Source: Nemertoderma westbladi
Lineage: Eukaryota > Animalia > Xenacoelomorpha
NCBI GenBank assembly: GCA_032718475.1
Contig: JAUCBJ010002964.1
Coordinates: 5,551 to 69,550 of the forward strand
DNA: 64,000 nucleotides
Direction of reading: 5' to 3'
This document shows, piece after piece, positions 1-12,439 of the stretch. A model generated the notes under the pieces. It was not told where the DNA came from and ran no database searches. It worked only from the letters and a program-made list of their open reading frames with translations. The first letter of the stretch is position 1, and each line of letters opens with the position of its first letter. Made by a program: the position numbers and the translations under genes.

Positions 1-1139
1 TTAACATGATTCAGTTGGCATAGATAATGAACAACCATCAAAAAATGAGGTTTTGAGAATATATTTTACACCCAACCTCAATTTTGACTAGTTTGGTTAA
101 CACAGCTCAGTTAGTTGGTTATATAGAGTAGTCTGGCAGATATATGCAAGGACATCTAGAACATATTATTTAATATAATAAATACTATGTTCTAGAAGTA
201 TTCATATATGGCGTTTTTTACACAGAATAATGCATGGCATTATTGATAACAATATTAGGCCTACCTTCCTATATCGTCAAAACTTTTACTCCTGCATATA
301 CTCCCATGCAAGGTATAATGCAATATCTGCCTTACTACAGTTGTAGCAAGTAGCCTTTGTCATATTCAATTAATTTATGCCGATGGTTAATGACATTGTA
401 AAATATATTTACGTTTTATAGGATATGCCTATCTACTGTAGCCTATCAGTCTACCAATCCTAAATTCGATCTGTGGCGGTACAGTAGCATGTACGATTTT
501 ACGACCTTATGTATGTTTAATTTCATTATAAGTATTCGTCTAGAATTAGGCCTAGCCTATAAAGTCTGCATAATTTCTTTGATTTTACAGCCACATGTAA
601 TACATGTTGTACTCTATAGAGCATTAATGAGATACGGTAGGTACATTGCAACGAAGTTTTATGTTTGCTGTTATTCTGTTAACGGCGCTGATATGTAAAG
701 TTTCTTATTTTAGAATAAAATATTAGTATTGTTAGTTGTCGAGACCCAGCATAAAAAATGTGGTATGGATGTGACTTTATGTAACTAATATTCTAAAGGT
801 ACGTTTAACATTAGCAAATAAACTGGGTTCAGAGTTCGTAGTAAAATTGGTTTGAAGTTCACGCGTTTGTGTTACACAGAACTACAGATTACGCTATTCG
901 AATTTGTTTACTATAGGCCTACAGCTTATTTCTCAGCAACTCTCCACTTTCTTAAACTAAAAGTAAAAACTAAAAGTGCGGTATAATTACTGGAACGTCG
1001 GTTGTCATTGTTGGTCTCGTCATTGTCATCGCGTCACCGTTGTGAATATTTGAACGACAATAAGTCAGTCAATCTCTGATGAAATGGTAACAAACTTGGA
1101 ACACATGTACTGTAATCTATCAGAAATTGTACACCCACC

Positions 1140-1289
1140 CATAACATACTGTATGTTCATACTTTTATTAGGGCTTATAAGTATTTATTAGCAAGATAAT
1201 ATAGAATAAAAGAAATTGGTTCCGATAAATTGCGAATCAGTTTTCGGTTACCCCCTCCCCTCTTTTTTTATAGAATGACTTTCTTCTGT
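1140..1289. repeat. ~150-bp direct repeat, copy 1 (copy 2 at 4688-4840)
   Basis: CATAACATA...GGGCTTATAAGTATTTATTAGCAAGATAATATAGAATAAAAGAAATTGGTTCCGATAAATTGCGAATCAG...TTCTTCTGT occurs near-identically at both loci. Confidence 0.85.
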
Positions 1290-1744
1290 CTAAAACCCTA
1301 CCTCTTGAATTAGCCAGTCATCGCCCGCGTATGACATTTGGTTCGGTGGTGGGGTGGGTTGGAATGTTTCGATCACGGAGGGGTGGTCGGGGTTGGGTTG
1401 GGAAGAAATAGTTCAGCCGCGAAGGGGTGGTTCACTAGTCTAACAGGCCAGTCGGGATCTCCACCCCCTCCAAATGCAGCTGGACGTTCAACTGGGTGAT
1501 CGGCGCCTGGAAGGACGGCCATTGCCTGCTTGTTAGTCCCCAAACAGAACGCCACATGGTCTAGGTAGCGAGCCAGGTCTTGGAACAACATCGATATGAA
1601 GTACCGTAGTGGAATATGTTCCACAAAACCACTCATTGCTTCTTCGGCTGCTATCATTGGCTGTAATCCGTATCTGTGCTTGAGGCTGTGACTAAGAATA
1701 CCATAGAATACAATATTATATTGAATGTGAGGTTGTCGAAGAAC

Positions 1745-3748
1745 TACTACTATGATCGGCATGCTGCATTGCAGCTGCATTTTTAAGAATGCTGTGCCGG
1801 CTTGTCAACAAAATTGCACCGCCACAACTCCCTATCACCCATGACATTTGCTAGATCATCCGCATCTTTAAGGTCAGTGTCCTTTAAGATGCGTCTCAAG
1901 AAAGTCATGGGCTGTCCACCATGCTTATTCACTCCATGAGGCTGCCAAAGTACAAGATTATGCACTGGCTGGTCCTCACGGCGAAAGCAATGTCCTGCAA
2001 AGCGGAGGCGATTTTGTTCTAGTGTCAAGCTTGGGGGAACCAATGAGACACCTCCAATGTTATATAGTGTCTGGTTGGAGATGTGTGCATTGTACTTGAC
2101 ACAATGAACCCGGCGTAGCATTCTTGTGAATGTGCCATCCAGAGATTTGGTGTCCTCAGCAGTTAGAGCCCAGCATGGACTCCCGTAGAGGAGTACTGGA
2201 ACTACTGCTGCTCTAAATAATCGGACCTTAAGTTTCCGATTAATTCTCGGTGACTTCCAAATCCTGGAAAGCCTATTCAAGGCTGCCCATGCCTTTCCCT
2301 TACGTATTCGAAGGTCCTCACCTGACTTCCGGATCCATGATCCCAGGTAACAGAAGTCGTCCACATGCTCAAGCATACCATCCTTTGAGCTTATGCTCAT
2401 CCGATCAGAGACTTGCTGAGGACTTTCAAAGTTAACTGTCAGAATTTTGGTCTTTCTGGAGTTAATAAAAAGACCAACACTAGAAGCAGCATGTTCTAAT
2501 GAGCTGAGGAGCCGTTGGGCTCCCTCTAATGATTCTGATAGTACTCCTAAGTCATCAGCAAAGTCAAGATCAGTTAGGTACTTGGCAGGATTTCCTCGAC
2601 TTCTGGAGCCAGTAGGTGGAGTTATCATCACCCCATCATCATTATAATGATCTAAGGACATGCGTAGAACATAGTCAACCACAATAATGAACAAGAATGG
2701 TGCAAGTGTGTCTCCTTGGAGGACGCCCCATAACACTTCAAATGGTTCTGTGTCACCGTCAACAGTAGACACAAATGTTGTCGAACCATCGTATACTGAT
2801 CTGATTGCTGCAATAATTTCATCAGGAATCCCATATAATGAAAGTATGCTGAACATACGTGAGCGAGAGACTGAATCAAAGGCCTTGAAGAAGTCAACAA
2901 AGATAACAGCCAGATGCCTGTCTTTCTTTTTTGATAACTCTTCAATTATCCTTCTAAGTGCCAAAATGGGCTCCATGGTCCCACGACCTTTACGGAACCC
3001 ATTCTGATTTCCACGGAGCAGTCTCTCAATGGGATCCCTGATGCGATTTAATAGAATCCTATTGTATAGCTTTGCAGCAATCGAGATCAATGAGATTCCC
3101 CGAAAAGAACCATAGAGTGTTAGGTTGCCCTTCTTGGGAACTGGCACCAACTTATTTGTTTTCATTTCTTGTGGGACTCTTGTTGTTCGGTAGATGTCTA
3201 CTATGATGGGATAGATGAGCTTTAAACACTCAGGTATTTTAAAGACCTCAGGGGGAACACCATCTACTCCACTGGCACGATTGGTCTTAATGCTCTTTGC
3301 AGCAGCCTTCACTTCTGCAAAGGAGATATCGTCAATGGGAATATCTGGGAGTACAGACTCAGACACTTTTACTTCAATAAAGTTATCAGGCAATACCCTG
3401 TCATTATTGAGGAGCTTTTCAAAGTGAGCTTTCCAACCATTGAGGCGATCGGCTGGTGATTCAGCCTTAACCTTGGTGGTTGGTTGGCTTTTCCGCCCAG
3501 TAAGCAGATTGATCGATTTCCATGCCTGGGATGATTGCCTGCTGTCGTCAGCATCATTGATGGCATCAACCTGTTGGTTTATTAGCTCCTGTAGATTAGC
3601 AGAGTACTGCCTGTTCAGGGACCTAGATGCAGCCTTAACTGCATTCTTGGCCGCTGTAGTCTGTTTGAGTCGGGACTCTTTCTGCGCCTTATGAAGGTCA
3701 TTTCGGCACTTCTGAATTTTGTTGTCAGTCCAGGGGGCCCTTTTCCTA
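1745..3748 (-). mobile_element. RTE-clade non-LTR retrotransposon, 5'-truncated copy 1
   Basis: 12-bp TSD TTGTCGAAGAAC at 1733-1744 and 3749-3760; very short 3' UTR ending in a (TAG)n tail; RT ORF inside; no endonuclease domain present. Confidence 0.92.
1783..3748 (-). pseudogene. RTE reverse transcriptase, open but 5'-truncated ORF
   Basis: Motifs QNGFRKGR, FVDFFKAFDSV, GVLQGDTLAP, DFADD, YLGS, LLYGS, RLRFAGH. The first ~48 aa of track ORF 1783..3894 lie in or beyond the TSD and are read-through from flanking DNA. Confidence 0.9.
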
Positions 3749-3923
3749 TTGTCGAAGAACATACAGTATGAAAGATGGTAAACCCCCCCCCCCCTCCCCC
3801 CGGAGACTCCTAGGCTGTAAAACTTGATTACAGTACATTTTTTTTCGGACCTCATCCGCACGTAAACACCATACATGTAGAATAATATTGACAATGATTA
3901 CCTATGTAAAACCAAGACAATAG

Positions 3924-4050
3924 ATTAGCCATAACGCGAAAATTAGCCGTACCGCGACTTTGAAAGTCGCATTACGGCTAAGCTCTCAAAAAAATAGCCG
4001 TAACGCGACAATAGCCGTAATTGCGACATTAGCCGTAACGCGACGACACC
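3924..4050. repeat. Short array of ~17-bp TAGCCGTAACGCGAC units, one inverted; probable DNA-transposon subterminal remnant
   Basis: About five direct copies plus an inverted copy (GTCGCATTACGGCTAA); no partner end or TSD found. Confidence 0.5.
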
Positions 4051-4687
4051 TTTTCCGCTGGGTAGTGCTTCGAATTGGATCCGCTTACAAGTAACACTTC
4101 TCTAATACTTCACTACTACTTCTCTGCAGTTTGGGCCTATCCATTCAATAGCATTCCTTGGCCCTCACTATTATTGTTTGGCTACCAAATAAAGTTTACC
4201 CAAATAACATAAAAAAATGATCAATGGTGGGGTTGGTCGTTGGTGGTGGAAAGATATCTACAAATTAATTAACTTTTAACACAATTTAATACAATTTAAC
4301 TGTTAGGAAAATAAAAAATATCCGCTAATGTTAGCGATGATTTTTCAGTGTAAACTTGGGCTTATTGTGTTGATTTTAAGTGTAATTTATTTATTTATTT
4401 TTGTGTATATGACAATAGTTAATGCGTTAATGGGCCACGTTTTGGGAATGGTTTTTGAGGTTTTGTGGACTATTTGGCTGAGTTACAAACTGTACACACC
4501 CGTTTAGTAGATAAGTTGTGTTAAAACATAAGCTCAAGTGTAGTGTAGAATGTGGGGTTCATTCAATAAATAGTCATTGGACATATGTTTATCTGCACAA
4601 AATTTGGGGAACCCCTTCAATATTCACCTTGTTTGTTGCTATGCTAAATCCATGTTGCTAGAGAAAACATCAAATTGAAGGTGACTG

Positions 4688-4840
4688 CATAACATATGTT
4701 CATACTTTTATTCGGGCTTATAAGTATTTATTAGCAAGATAATATAGAATAAAAGAAATTGGTTCCGATAAATTGCGAATCAGTTTTGGGTTACCCCCTC
4801 CCCTCCTTTTTTATAGAATGACTGAATGACTTTCTTCTGT
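4688..4840. repeat. ~150-bp direct repeat, copy 2
   Basis: Matches 1140-1289; lies just 3' of the Patched-domain gene. Confidence 0.85.
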
Positions 4841-4931
4841 TGAATCTTGAGATCAACCCATTGATTGGACTCTCAAAACATTCTGTTTATATGATTTGTA
4901 AAGAACCAATACATTTCTTTATCCGTTACAA

Positions 4932-4937
4932 TTTATT
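4932..4937 (-). terminator. Candidate polyadenylation signal AATAAA of the Patched-domain gene
   Basis: TTTATT on + strand, ~20 nt after the stop codon. Confidence 0.45.
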
Positions 4938-4955
4938 CCCTACTATAGATAAATA

Positions 4956-7766
4956 TTAAAACAATACGTCATCTACAACCATATTGGCTTCAGGAATTAG
5001 CGAGGGTTTGCGAGAATCTTTGGGGTGGAGTTCATCTGAAGATCCACTAGGCGTCACTGGAAATCGCCTCCTCTCATTTGTTTTTGGTTGCAGTTGTTGC
5101 CAAGGTGATGGGCCAATCAACGAGAGTAGAACCGGCAGGAAGACCAGCCCATGTAAAATCCCTAAAATATTAACCAAAACCATTATCTTAAAGAAAGAAG
5201 AGAATACATAGGATTCTGCGTTAACCAGGGTAATAATCCCGAGGATGGAAGTAACAGCTGCGTTGATTACGGGTACGCCGACTCGTGATAATCCATGAGC
5301 CATCCGCTCATCGCGGGTCTTACCATCGCTCGTCATGAATGCCTGACACACATGAGCGCAGGCATCTACAGTGAAACCGATACTGAGTACAATCTCGATC
5401 ATAGTAACCGAGTTGAGTGTCAAACCCCAGAAGTGCATCAGACCGAACATATCTGTTATTACCATTGCCATGGTGATGGTGATGTAGAAGGCGGATAGAG
5501 GATGAGGTATGAAGATTAGACTGACTATAAACATTGCAGCGACTGCTATGCCTATAGTCTGTAACGTACTACTCACGATGCTGACATATTGTTCGTAGAA
5601 AATAAAAGCAGCTGTATAAGCGAAAACAGGGAGATTGCTTCCATCGACAATGGATCGAACACCCAGCATCATAGCACCCTCCTCAGTGGAAGTTTTAAAC
5701 TGGTTAGCTAATAAGTACATTCTAGATGAAGAAATTTCGTTGTGGAATTCCGAAAATGCAATGTCACTAGTGAATGTTGTTCCATAATATTCGTCAGAAT
5801 TTTTAATAAAACGAATTAATTTCTCAAAAAATATTGACTTTGAATCTGGTAAAGTTTCATTTTGACTCAACAAAAAAGTTTCAAAGCTGAACATCCATGA
5901 GAGAGAGAAATTAGAATTGATGTAATCAGATTCCTTTAGAGCATCAATGAGCCCTTTGATATTTGATTGAATTTCCTTGTCCCAATAGGCCAATGGTTCA
6001 TCGAATACTATCTGAATAGCAGCACCGCCTCTACCGAAGTACTTTTCGGTATAATTAGTGACATTAGCGAAGTAAGAGTCATGAGCAACAACATAGTTCA
6101 GTTCTAGTCCTTGTTGGAGATTTAAAGTGCCCCAAATTCCAACTCCTAGTAGTCCAGCAAAGGAAAACAAAACAAATATCTTTACTAAAATATTCTTTAT
6201 AAATACTGGAAGACACTTTCTCGGTAAGGTCTCACATAGAGAATCATCATCTACAGCGGAATTCGGCTGTTCCCCATTGCACCAGATGATGGCGCATAAA
6301 TGTCTGCGATCATCAATCATCTGTTGTTTGGAGTCGACGACTTGGCATGTGAATGCGTGTCTGTTTGCATAGACCCTCCTGGTGTGGATGGCAAGAGCAG
6401 CTCCGAAGAAAAGGAGTTGGTTGATGTAGGAGATAATAACTGCAAGGCCAGTGTAGAAACAGAAGTAGCGTACACTTGCGAACTGGGTACTAATCCCTGC
6501 GAGGAAAGCCAAAAAGTCGGTGAGTGAAGTTATTGAAATTCCAACAGCGGCACGACGGAACGTCAGACCCAAATGGCGCTCCACAGAATCCTGTATCCCA
6601 ACTTCCTTCCAACCTGCCAACAACAAGAACATATCATCAACACCAATTCCTAGGATGACGTATGGCATGACCCCAACGATGCTCACAAATGGAACCCCAA
6701 CCAGACAACAAAATCCAAAAGAGAACCCAATAGCTAGAACTGTTGCTATGACACCAGCATTGGTTAATAAACCTTTCGAGGTGACCCAATTTCCACCGCT
6801 ATTAACAAATGATGCATAGAAACACATAATAGTGAACGTGATTGTGAAATACGTTATGTCACTTCCGGTTCCTCCGTCTGACTCTATATTCAAACTTTGC
6901 GACACCGAACGGTATATCAGGGAATTGTTTAAAGTCTCTATTACAACGCCAACCTTTTCGAGGAACTCATTCTCGAACATCAAGGAGACATTGATTTCCT
7001 CTTCGTTTCCTTGCCTTAAATTCCACCGAAATTTCAACGCCTCAGCTGATACTAAGAACTTGGTGTCTAGGAAACGCTGATCCAGGGTCGGGTCAATCCA
7101 GTCAGGTGGCCAATCAGGATCTGACACATTCATAACGGATTTCCATTCTTCTAAGCTGTTTGCTACGATAAGATTCAATTTCCCAACATCAACGGCAGTT
7201 TTCCTTCCATTAGGCAGCCATATGAGTGGATAAGGAATAGGTCTACTTTTTATTTGTTCTCTTATTTGGTTCTCATTGAAGTAACTTAGTAACCAATCAT
7301 TATCACATCGCCCATGTATTCTCGAACATGTATCTTCATAATTGTATGTAATTCTATTAGTGTTTACTGTAATATTATCAATGATGTGTTTGACTTTATA
7401 TAAATCTAACAATAAATCTGCACTCAGTACACTTGAACCTTCTGGGGAACTTGTAGCTATCACTTCCCCGTATAGACCCAGGTTTGGCAGTTGGTAATTC
7501 TCCAGACTTTGCCCTGGTCGCAAAGGAAATAATTCAATCAATCTCTGACGATCGAGCACTGATTGGCTGTTGGACGGTGTATACAACTGCTCCACGTCTG
7601 ACGATTGGTTGATGTTTAAGATCCCAATGGCCATTAATCCGCAAACGAGTAGCACTGATAGGATGACATGCCATGGGTATCGAGCCACAAGTCGTCCAAG
7701 CTTCTCAAAAACACCGCTCATACATGAGTCCACCACCATCAGTTTGGGGGAGTTGCAGCACCTCAT
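4956..7766 (-). CDS. PTCHD3: Patched domain-containing protein (PTCHD3/Ptr-like, RND/sterol-sensing family), single-exon ORF, 936 aa
   Basis: N-terminal LGRLVARYPW plus TM helix, large luminal loop, sterol-sensing domain with GIGVDDMF and ITSLTD, second luminal loop, second TM bundle with SIGFTVDACAH and HGLVFLPVLLSLIGP. The symbol is family-level; orthology is not established. Confidence 0.93.
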   Translation of the reverse strand: MRCCNSPKLMVVDSCMSGVFEKLGRLVARYPWHVILSVLLVCGLMAIGILNINQSSDVEQLYTPSNSQSVLDRQRLIELFPLRPGQSLENYQLPNLGLYGEVIATSSPEGSSVLSADLLLDLYKVKHIIDNITVNTNRITYNYEDTCSRIHGRCDNDWLLSYFNENQIREQIKSRPIPYPLIWLPNGRKTAVDVGKLNLIVANSLEEWKSVMNVSDPDWPPDWIDPTLDQRFLDTKFLVSAEALKFRWNLRQGNEEEINVSLMFENEFLEKVGVVIETLNNSLIYRSVSQSLNIESDGGTGSDITYFTITFTIMCFYASFVNSGGNWVTSKGLLTNAGVIATVLAIGFSFGFCCLVGVPFVSIVGVMPYVILGIGVDDMFLLLAGWKEVGIQDSVERHLGLTFRRAAVGISITSLTDFLAFLAGISTQFASVRYFCFYTGLAVIISYINQLLFFGAALAIHTRRVYANRHAFTCQVVDSKQQMIDDRRHLCAIIWCNGEQPNSAVDDDSLCETLPRKCLPVFIKNILVKIFVLFSFAGLLGVGIWGTLNLQQGLELNYVVAHDSYFANVTNYTEKYFGRGGAAIQIVFDEPLAYWDKEIQSNIKGLIDALKESDYINSNFSLSWMFSFETFLLSQNETLPDSKSIFFEKLIRFIKNSDEYYGTTFTSDIAFSEFHNEISSSRMYLLANQFKTSTEEGAMMLGVRSIVDGSNLPVFAYTAAFIFYEQYVSIVSSTLQTIGIAVAAMFIVSLIFIPHPLSAFYITITMAMVITDMFGLMHFWGLTLNSVTMIEIVLSIGFTVDACAHVCQAFMTSDGKTRDERMAHGLSRVGVPVINAAVTSILGIITLVNAESYVFSSFFKIMVLVNILGILHGLVFLPVLLSLIGPSPWQQLQPKTNERRRFPVTPSGSSDELHPKDSRKPSLIPEANMVVDDVLF

Positions 7767-7872
7767 TATTGAAGTTCACAAGGTTACGCTTGTTACTTAA
7801 TTTTTTTCATGATGCACAAATTCATTAAAGTTACTGTGATGTTGCCTATATACCTACTGTACTTACAGTAGA

Positions 7873-8413
7873 TGTTAGCTTATCCAATTCCGCTAACACC
7901 CCACAAAATGAGCCGTTAAGCAATATTGGGAGCACGAGGTTGATTACCCAACCTCGTGTCACCCCAACAAAGTGGGAAGGAGAAACGCACAATAGAGGTC
8001 AGGGGTTATGCCCCTGAAAGAGGGAGAATAACAGGGGCAACGGGAAACACACCAGGGAAGGTGAAAGGGCGACAAGTAGGATATTAGCCAATAAGGGGGG
8101 AAGCATCGACTGGGTACAGCAATATGGCCAACTGTGCAATATATATTACCGGTCCATGCAATCATTTAGTCAGTGTGTCATTTGGTGTTAGTTAGGTTAG
8201 TTTAGCTAGGGAAGTACCGGGACTTTAATCACCGTCTCCCGCCTTCCGTTTACTATCATTCAATTACTGATTCTGTATACCAGCTATCATTTAACTATTA
8301 TACCCGAAAGACTATATACAACAATCAACAGACTCTTTTCACCTTTCACACACGGCGGGGACGCGTAGATTAATAAACCGGATAAATCGGGATCCTTCGT
8401 GGATCCCGTCACA
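7873..8413 (+). mobile_element. Solo LTR of Bel/Pao family 1
   Basis: TGTTAGC...GTCACA termini; 5-bp TSD GTAGA (7868-7872, 8414-8418); diverged homologue of the LTRs at 11867-12430 and 25300-25861. Confidence 0.95.
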
Positions 8414-8697
8414 GTAGACCATCTCTACCAGTATCAGAATCAAACCCACACACCTAGGAATAATTTTTCTACTATTCGTACTAGCAGTGGTACCAAAATT
8501 TTGATTTATTGTGGATGTTTTATTTGTGTTATACTGTATAAGTGTTTTTTATGTGAAGTTATGTAGTAAAGTAAGGCTTTTACCGTACACGTACATACAT
8601 ATATATCTATTACATATTGATATTACTGTAAGATAAGCTACGCTACAGCGGTTAGTGTTGGTTTGATTGCGAATATTATTTGTTTTTGAGTTTGTGT

Positions 8698-10240
8698 AAT
8701 ATAATAATAATAATAATGTATAATTTTTATATAGCGCCTATTTAAAAATGATACTAATTATTCTAGGCGCTGCACGAAAGGCAATCAATGAAGTAAAAAT
8801 AAATATGTCATAATTAAAAACATACAAGTATTGAGTTAGAACAAACAATGGGTTGTTGGCCGAGTTGAAACAATTGAAGGACAAGTTAAAACAAACGCCG
8901 ACGAGTTCTATAAAAGAAATGACGTATGAGTTTATAACTAATGCTGGCGTTGAAAAACAAATGAAGGATGAGTTAAAACGACGCTGGCGGGGTTAAAACA
9001 AATAAAGATGAGTTAAAACGAATGTTGGCGGGGTTAAAACAAATGGCGATGTTAAAACGAAAAATATGAAAAAATGAACTAATAAGAATAACTTGTCTTA
9101 AATAGGTGCGTTTTTAGCAGTGATTTAAATTCAGCTATTGTTGGAGTGAGGCGAATGTGCCGCGGTAGCTGGTTCCACAGGGTTGGCCCGGACACTGCAA
9201 AGGCGCGACGGCCGAGTGTGGCGTGTTTGTGCGGCGGAACACGGAATACAAGCGCATCAGTAGATCGACTATGGTATGGTGAGCGGTAGACGCTGATGAG
9301 TTCATCGATGTATTTCGGCGCTTTGTTGTGGAGGGATTTAAAAACAATGAGTATTATTTTATATTCAATCCGCTTCTTTACTGGCAGCCAATGCAGTGCT
9401 TTCAGCGTGGGCGTTATGTGTTCAGACTTTCGAACACCCGAAACCAAACGAGCGGCCGCGTTTTGAACCCGTTGATAGTCCGGAATTCCGTAATAAAGTG
9501 CATTACAATAGTCTAGTTTGGACGATATAAACGCGTGTATCAGTGACTCGGTAGTTGCCTTGTTTAAAAACGGTCGAATTTGCTGTATATTTCTTAGGTG
9601 ATATAATGCACTGCTACACGTTTTGGTGACAAAGGTGTTCATAGACATTGTACTATCAAAATAAGCGCCAAGGTTGCGAACGTTGTCAGTTTTATTTATT
9701 GTGTGGCCGCCAACTGTAATTGATGATGTATTTACTTTCGATAGTTGCTGATCAGTACCGATAATTATAAATTCCGTTTTGGTATCATTTATTTTTAGCC
9801 AGTTCGAGTTGTTTATGAACCAATTGCGAAGTTCATCAATGCACAGTTCCATAGCTTTTACCGCTCCGTTCTCGTTCGATTCACTGTCAGGTTTAAAAGA
9901 AAGATATAGTTGGTTATCATCGGCGTAACCTTGTACGTCCGGTAGATGGCGTTCGATTATCTGGTATATTGCCGTTACGTATTATTATAAACAATATGCA
10001 GCCAAGGCACGAGCCCTGGGGAAACCCATGGCGGACACATAGTGATTTTGAGCAGCATCCTTTGATTATCACACGCTGAGTTCTATTTGTAAGATATTCT
10101 GTGAACCACTGGTGAGCCACATCGGTTATATTCATTTTCGTTCGTAGTACGTCGAGAAGAGTTTTGCGATCAACAGTATCAAAAGCAGCACTCAAATCTA
10201 GGAAAACTAAAAGCGTTACTCGTTGGTCGTCCATGGCCAT
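8698..10240 (-). mobile_element. L2/CR1-group LINE, 5'-truncated and frameshifted (RT C-terminal half plus 3' UTR)
   Basis: ORF pieces 9917-10240 (LDLSAAFDTVD, GFPQGSCLG) and 9079-9852 (KTEFI, NLGAYFD, LDYCN, LHWLPV); 3' end GGCGCTATATAAA followed by (ATT)n; ~36-bp GAGTTAAAAC repeats in the 3' UTR. Confidence 0.88.
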
Positions 10241-10328
10241 TACGTATTAATCTGTCAAATTGAGCGTCTTCACGATCAGAATCTTGCTGCATCATATTCA
10301 TAATTATCGTATTTTGTTGTACTGTAGC

Positions 10329-10848
10329 GGTATTACTGTGATAGCTTTCCCCATTTTTTGTAATTCTTAAAATATGTTTAATAACTATGGTATTTTATTC
10401 TAGAACATTTTAATAAACGTGTTGTGTGTTATTATAGTAGTATAGTATACATGTTATTATTTTCATAATGACTGACCCTAACATTATCGAAATTGCATCT
10501 ATATTGGCAACAGAAGAGAGCGCTATTACTTTTGCTCAATCGGTTGGATTTCTACCTACTGGTAGAGACATTTAACCATGTACGGTCACTAACTGCGATT
10601 TCAATAAACATGTCATTCAAAGGAGAATGAAGGGCATAACGAAGCTGATGTAGCGATGCAAAGGTCCTACTAGACACTGTCGATCATGTAGGAATGCAAT
10701 TGCTTGTGAAGCAGATTTTAACAAATATTGTAATATTAAATCGTAATATATAAAGTTCTATGTGAATATTGTTCTAGAACATAATAATATTGTCAATAAA
10801 AACGATTAAATTAATTTCAAAAATGGAGATAGCTATCACAGTAATACC
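10329..10848. mobile_element. Non-autonomous Mutator-like (MULE) MITE, 520 bp
   Basis: TIR GGTATTACTGTGATAGCT / AGCTATCACAGTAATACC, continuing imperfectly inward; 9-bp TSD TACTGTAGC at 10320-10328 and 10849-10857. Confidence 0.85.
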
Positions 10849-11866
10849 TACTGTAGCATCATATCGCGGAACACGTACATAATTTCCATAGATCCTCTCG
10901 TTTCATTTCTGTGCTGAAATTGGGACTGATCGTCATTCATCGTCATATTTGGGCTGACATAATTTTCTAGTTGTACAGTAGCGGTAGGCGGTCTCCCCCA
11001 AGTGTTCATTGTCATCATCCTCATATATGTGGTTTCACTTAATCTTCGAGTTCTGTATTCTTTACCCTTTGTGCCCCCTGCTTATTATTACCGCCACTAC
11101 CGGCACTTATTGTTAGTATAATCCTTAGTGTGTCGTCTCTGTCCACATCCATAATCTCCTTTGCCTTTCTTAATTTCGCCGTTATTAACTTCCTTCACTT
11201 CACCTGGGACCTGTCTGGTTATACGCTGCTTCCAATCCAGATTGTATGTTTGTGGACCTCCGTATATACTGTGACAGATAGCTGTCGGTGTCGAACTCGA
11301 AACTACAGACAAAATAACTAGAATATTACTGCGATATTAGTGAAATCTCTTCATGTACCTGTACCTGTAGCTGTAATGAGGTTCTCAATCCTCTCCCAAG
11401 CTCCACAAAATAACTGAGTTAGAATAAGATACAATAATACATTGTAGGCACATATAACAGTATAATGAATAACATATCTCATCAAAACAAATAATATTCA
11501 CGACCGTTGTAGCCTAACTAACTTACAGTAATATAGTAGTTTTTGCTACTTTTTATTTTAGAAATTTTCTATGTGATGTTAACTATTGGTAGGTAAAAAT
11601 AATAATATTCTAGAACAAATATTTTTTGTTCTAGAACATTTTTTTAAAATTATCTAATTTTATTAGAAATTATTGTTATGTGTAATACATTGTTACTACA
11701 GTACATTGTATATAAACATTAATAGCTACAGATTTTCATGCTAGCTAGCGATTTTGCAAGTTACGATTATTTTTTGAGAAAAGTAATTTTTTCGGCTAGA
11801 GTTCCGTATAGAACTGCATTTTTAAAACATATACCGGTACCATTGTTACTATGGCAGCATTGAAGA

Positions 11867-12430
11867 TGTGACGGGATCCACGAAGGATCCCGATTTATCC
11901 GGTTTATCAATCTATGCGTCCCCGCCGTGTGTGAAAGGTGAAAAGAGTTTGTGTTGTTCGTCGTATATAATCCTTGGGTATAATAGTATAGATGAATGAT
12001 GATAATATAGAATTGGTAATATAGTAAACGGAAGGCGGGAAACGGTGATTAAAGTCCCGGTACTTCCCTAGCTAAACTAACCTAACTAATACCAAATGAT
12101 ACACTGACTAAATGATACACTGACTAAATGATAGCTGTACTGATAATATATTGCACGGTTGGCCAAGTTACGCTACTCAGCCGGTGCCTTCCCCCCATTG
12201 GCTAATAACCCTGTTGTCGCCCCTTTTCCTCCCCAGTAGTGCTTCCCTTCGCCCCTGCTATTCTCTCTCTTTCAGGGGTGTAACCCCTGACCCCTATTGT
12301 GTGTGTGTGTTTCTCCTTCCCACTTTGTAGGGGTGACACGAGGTTGATATTGGTAATCAACCTCGTGTTCCCAATATTGCTTAACGGCTCACTCTATGGG
12401 GTTAGGTTAGCGGAATTGGATAAGCTAACA
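11867..12430 (-). repeat. 3' LTR of element 1
   Basis: Reads TGTTAGC...GTCACA on the - strand; near-identical to 25300-25861. Confidence 0.97.
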
Positions 12431-12439
12431 CTCCCCCCC
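12431..12439 (-). other. Polypurine tract of element 1 (GGGGGGGAG)
   Basis: Purine run immediately 5' of the 3' LTR TG; preceded by an 11-bp-stem hairpin at 12440-12468. Confidence 0.85.

Noticed and set aside
3749-3894. Apparent N-terminus of the 703-aa RT ORF (similarly 30524-30626 for copy 2)
   Set aside because: Lies outside the RTE boundary; chance read-through from flanking or inserted DNA.
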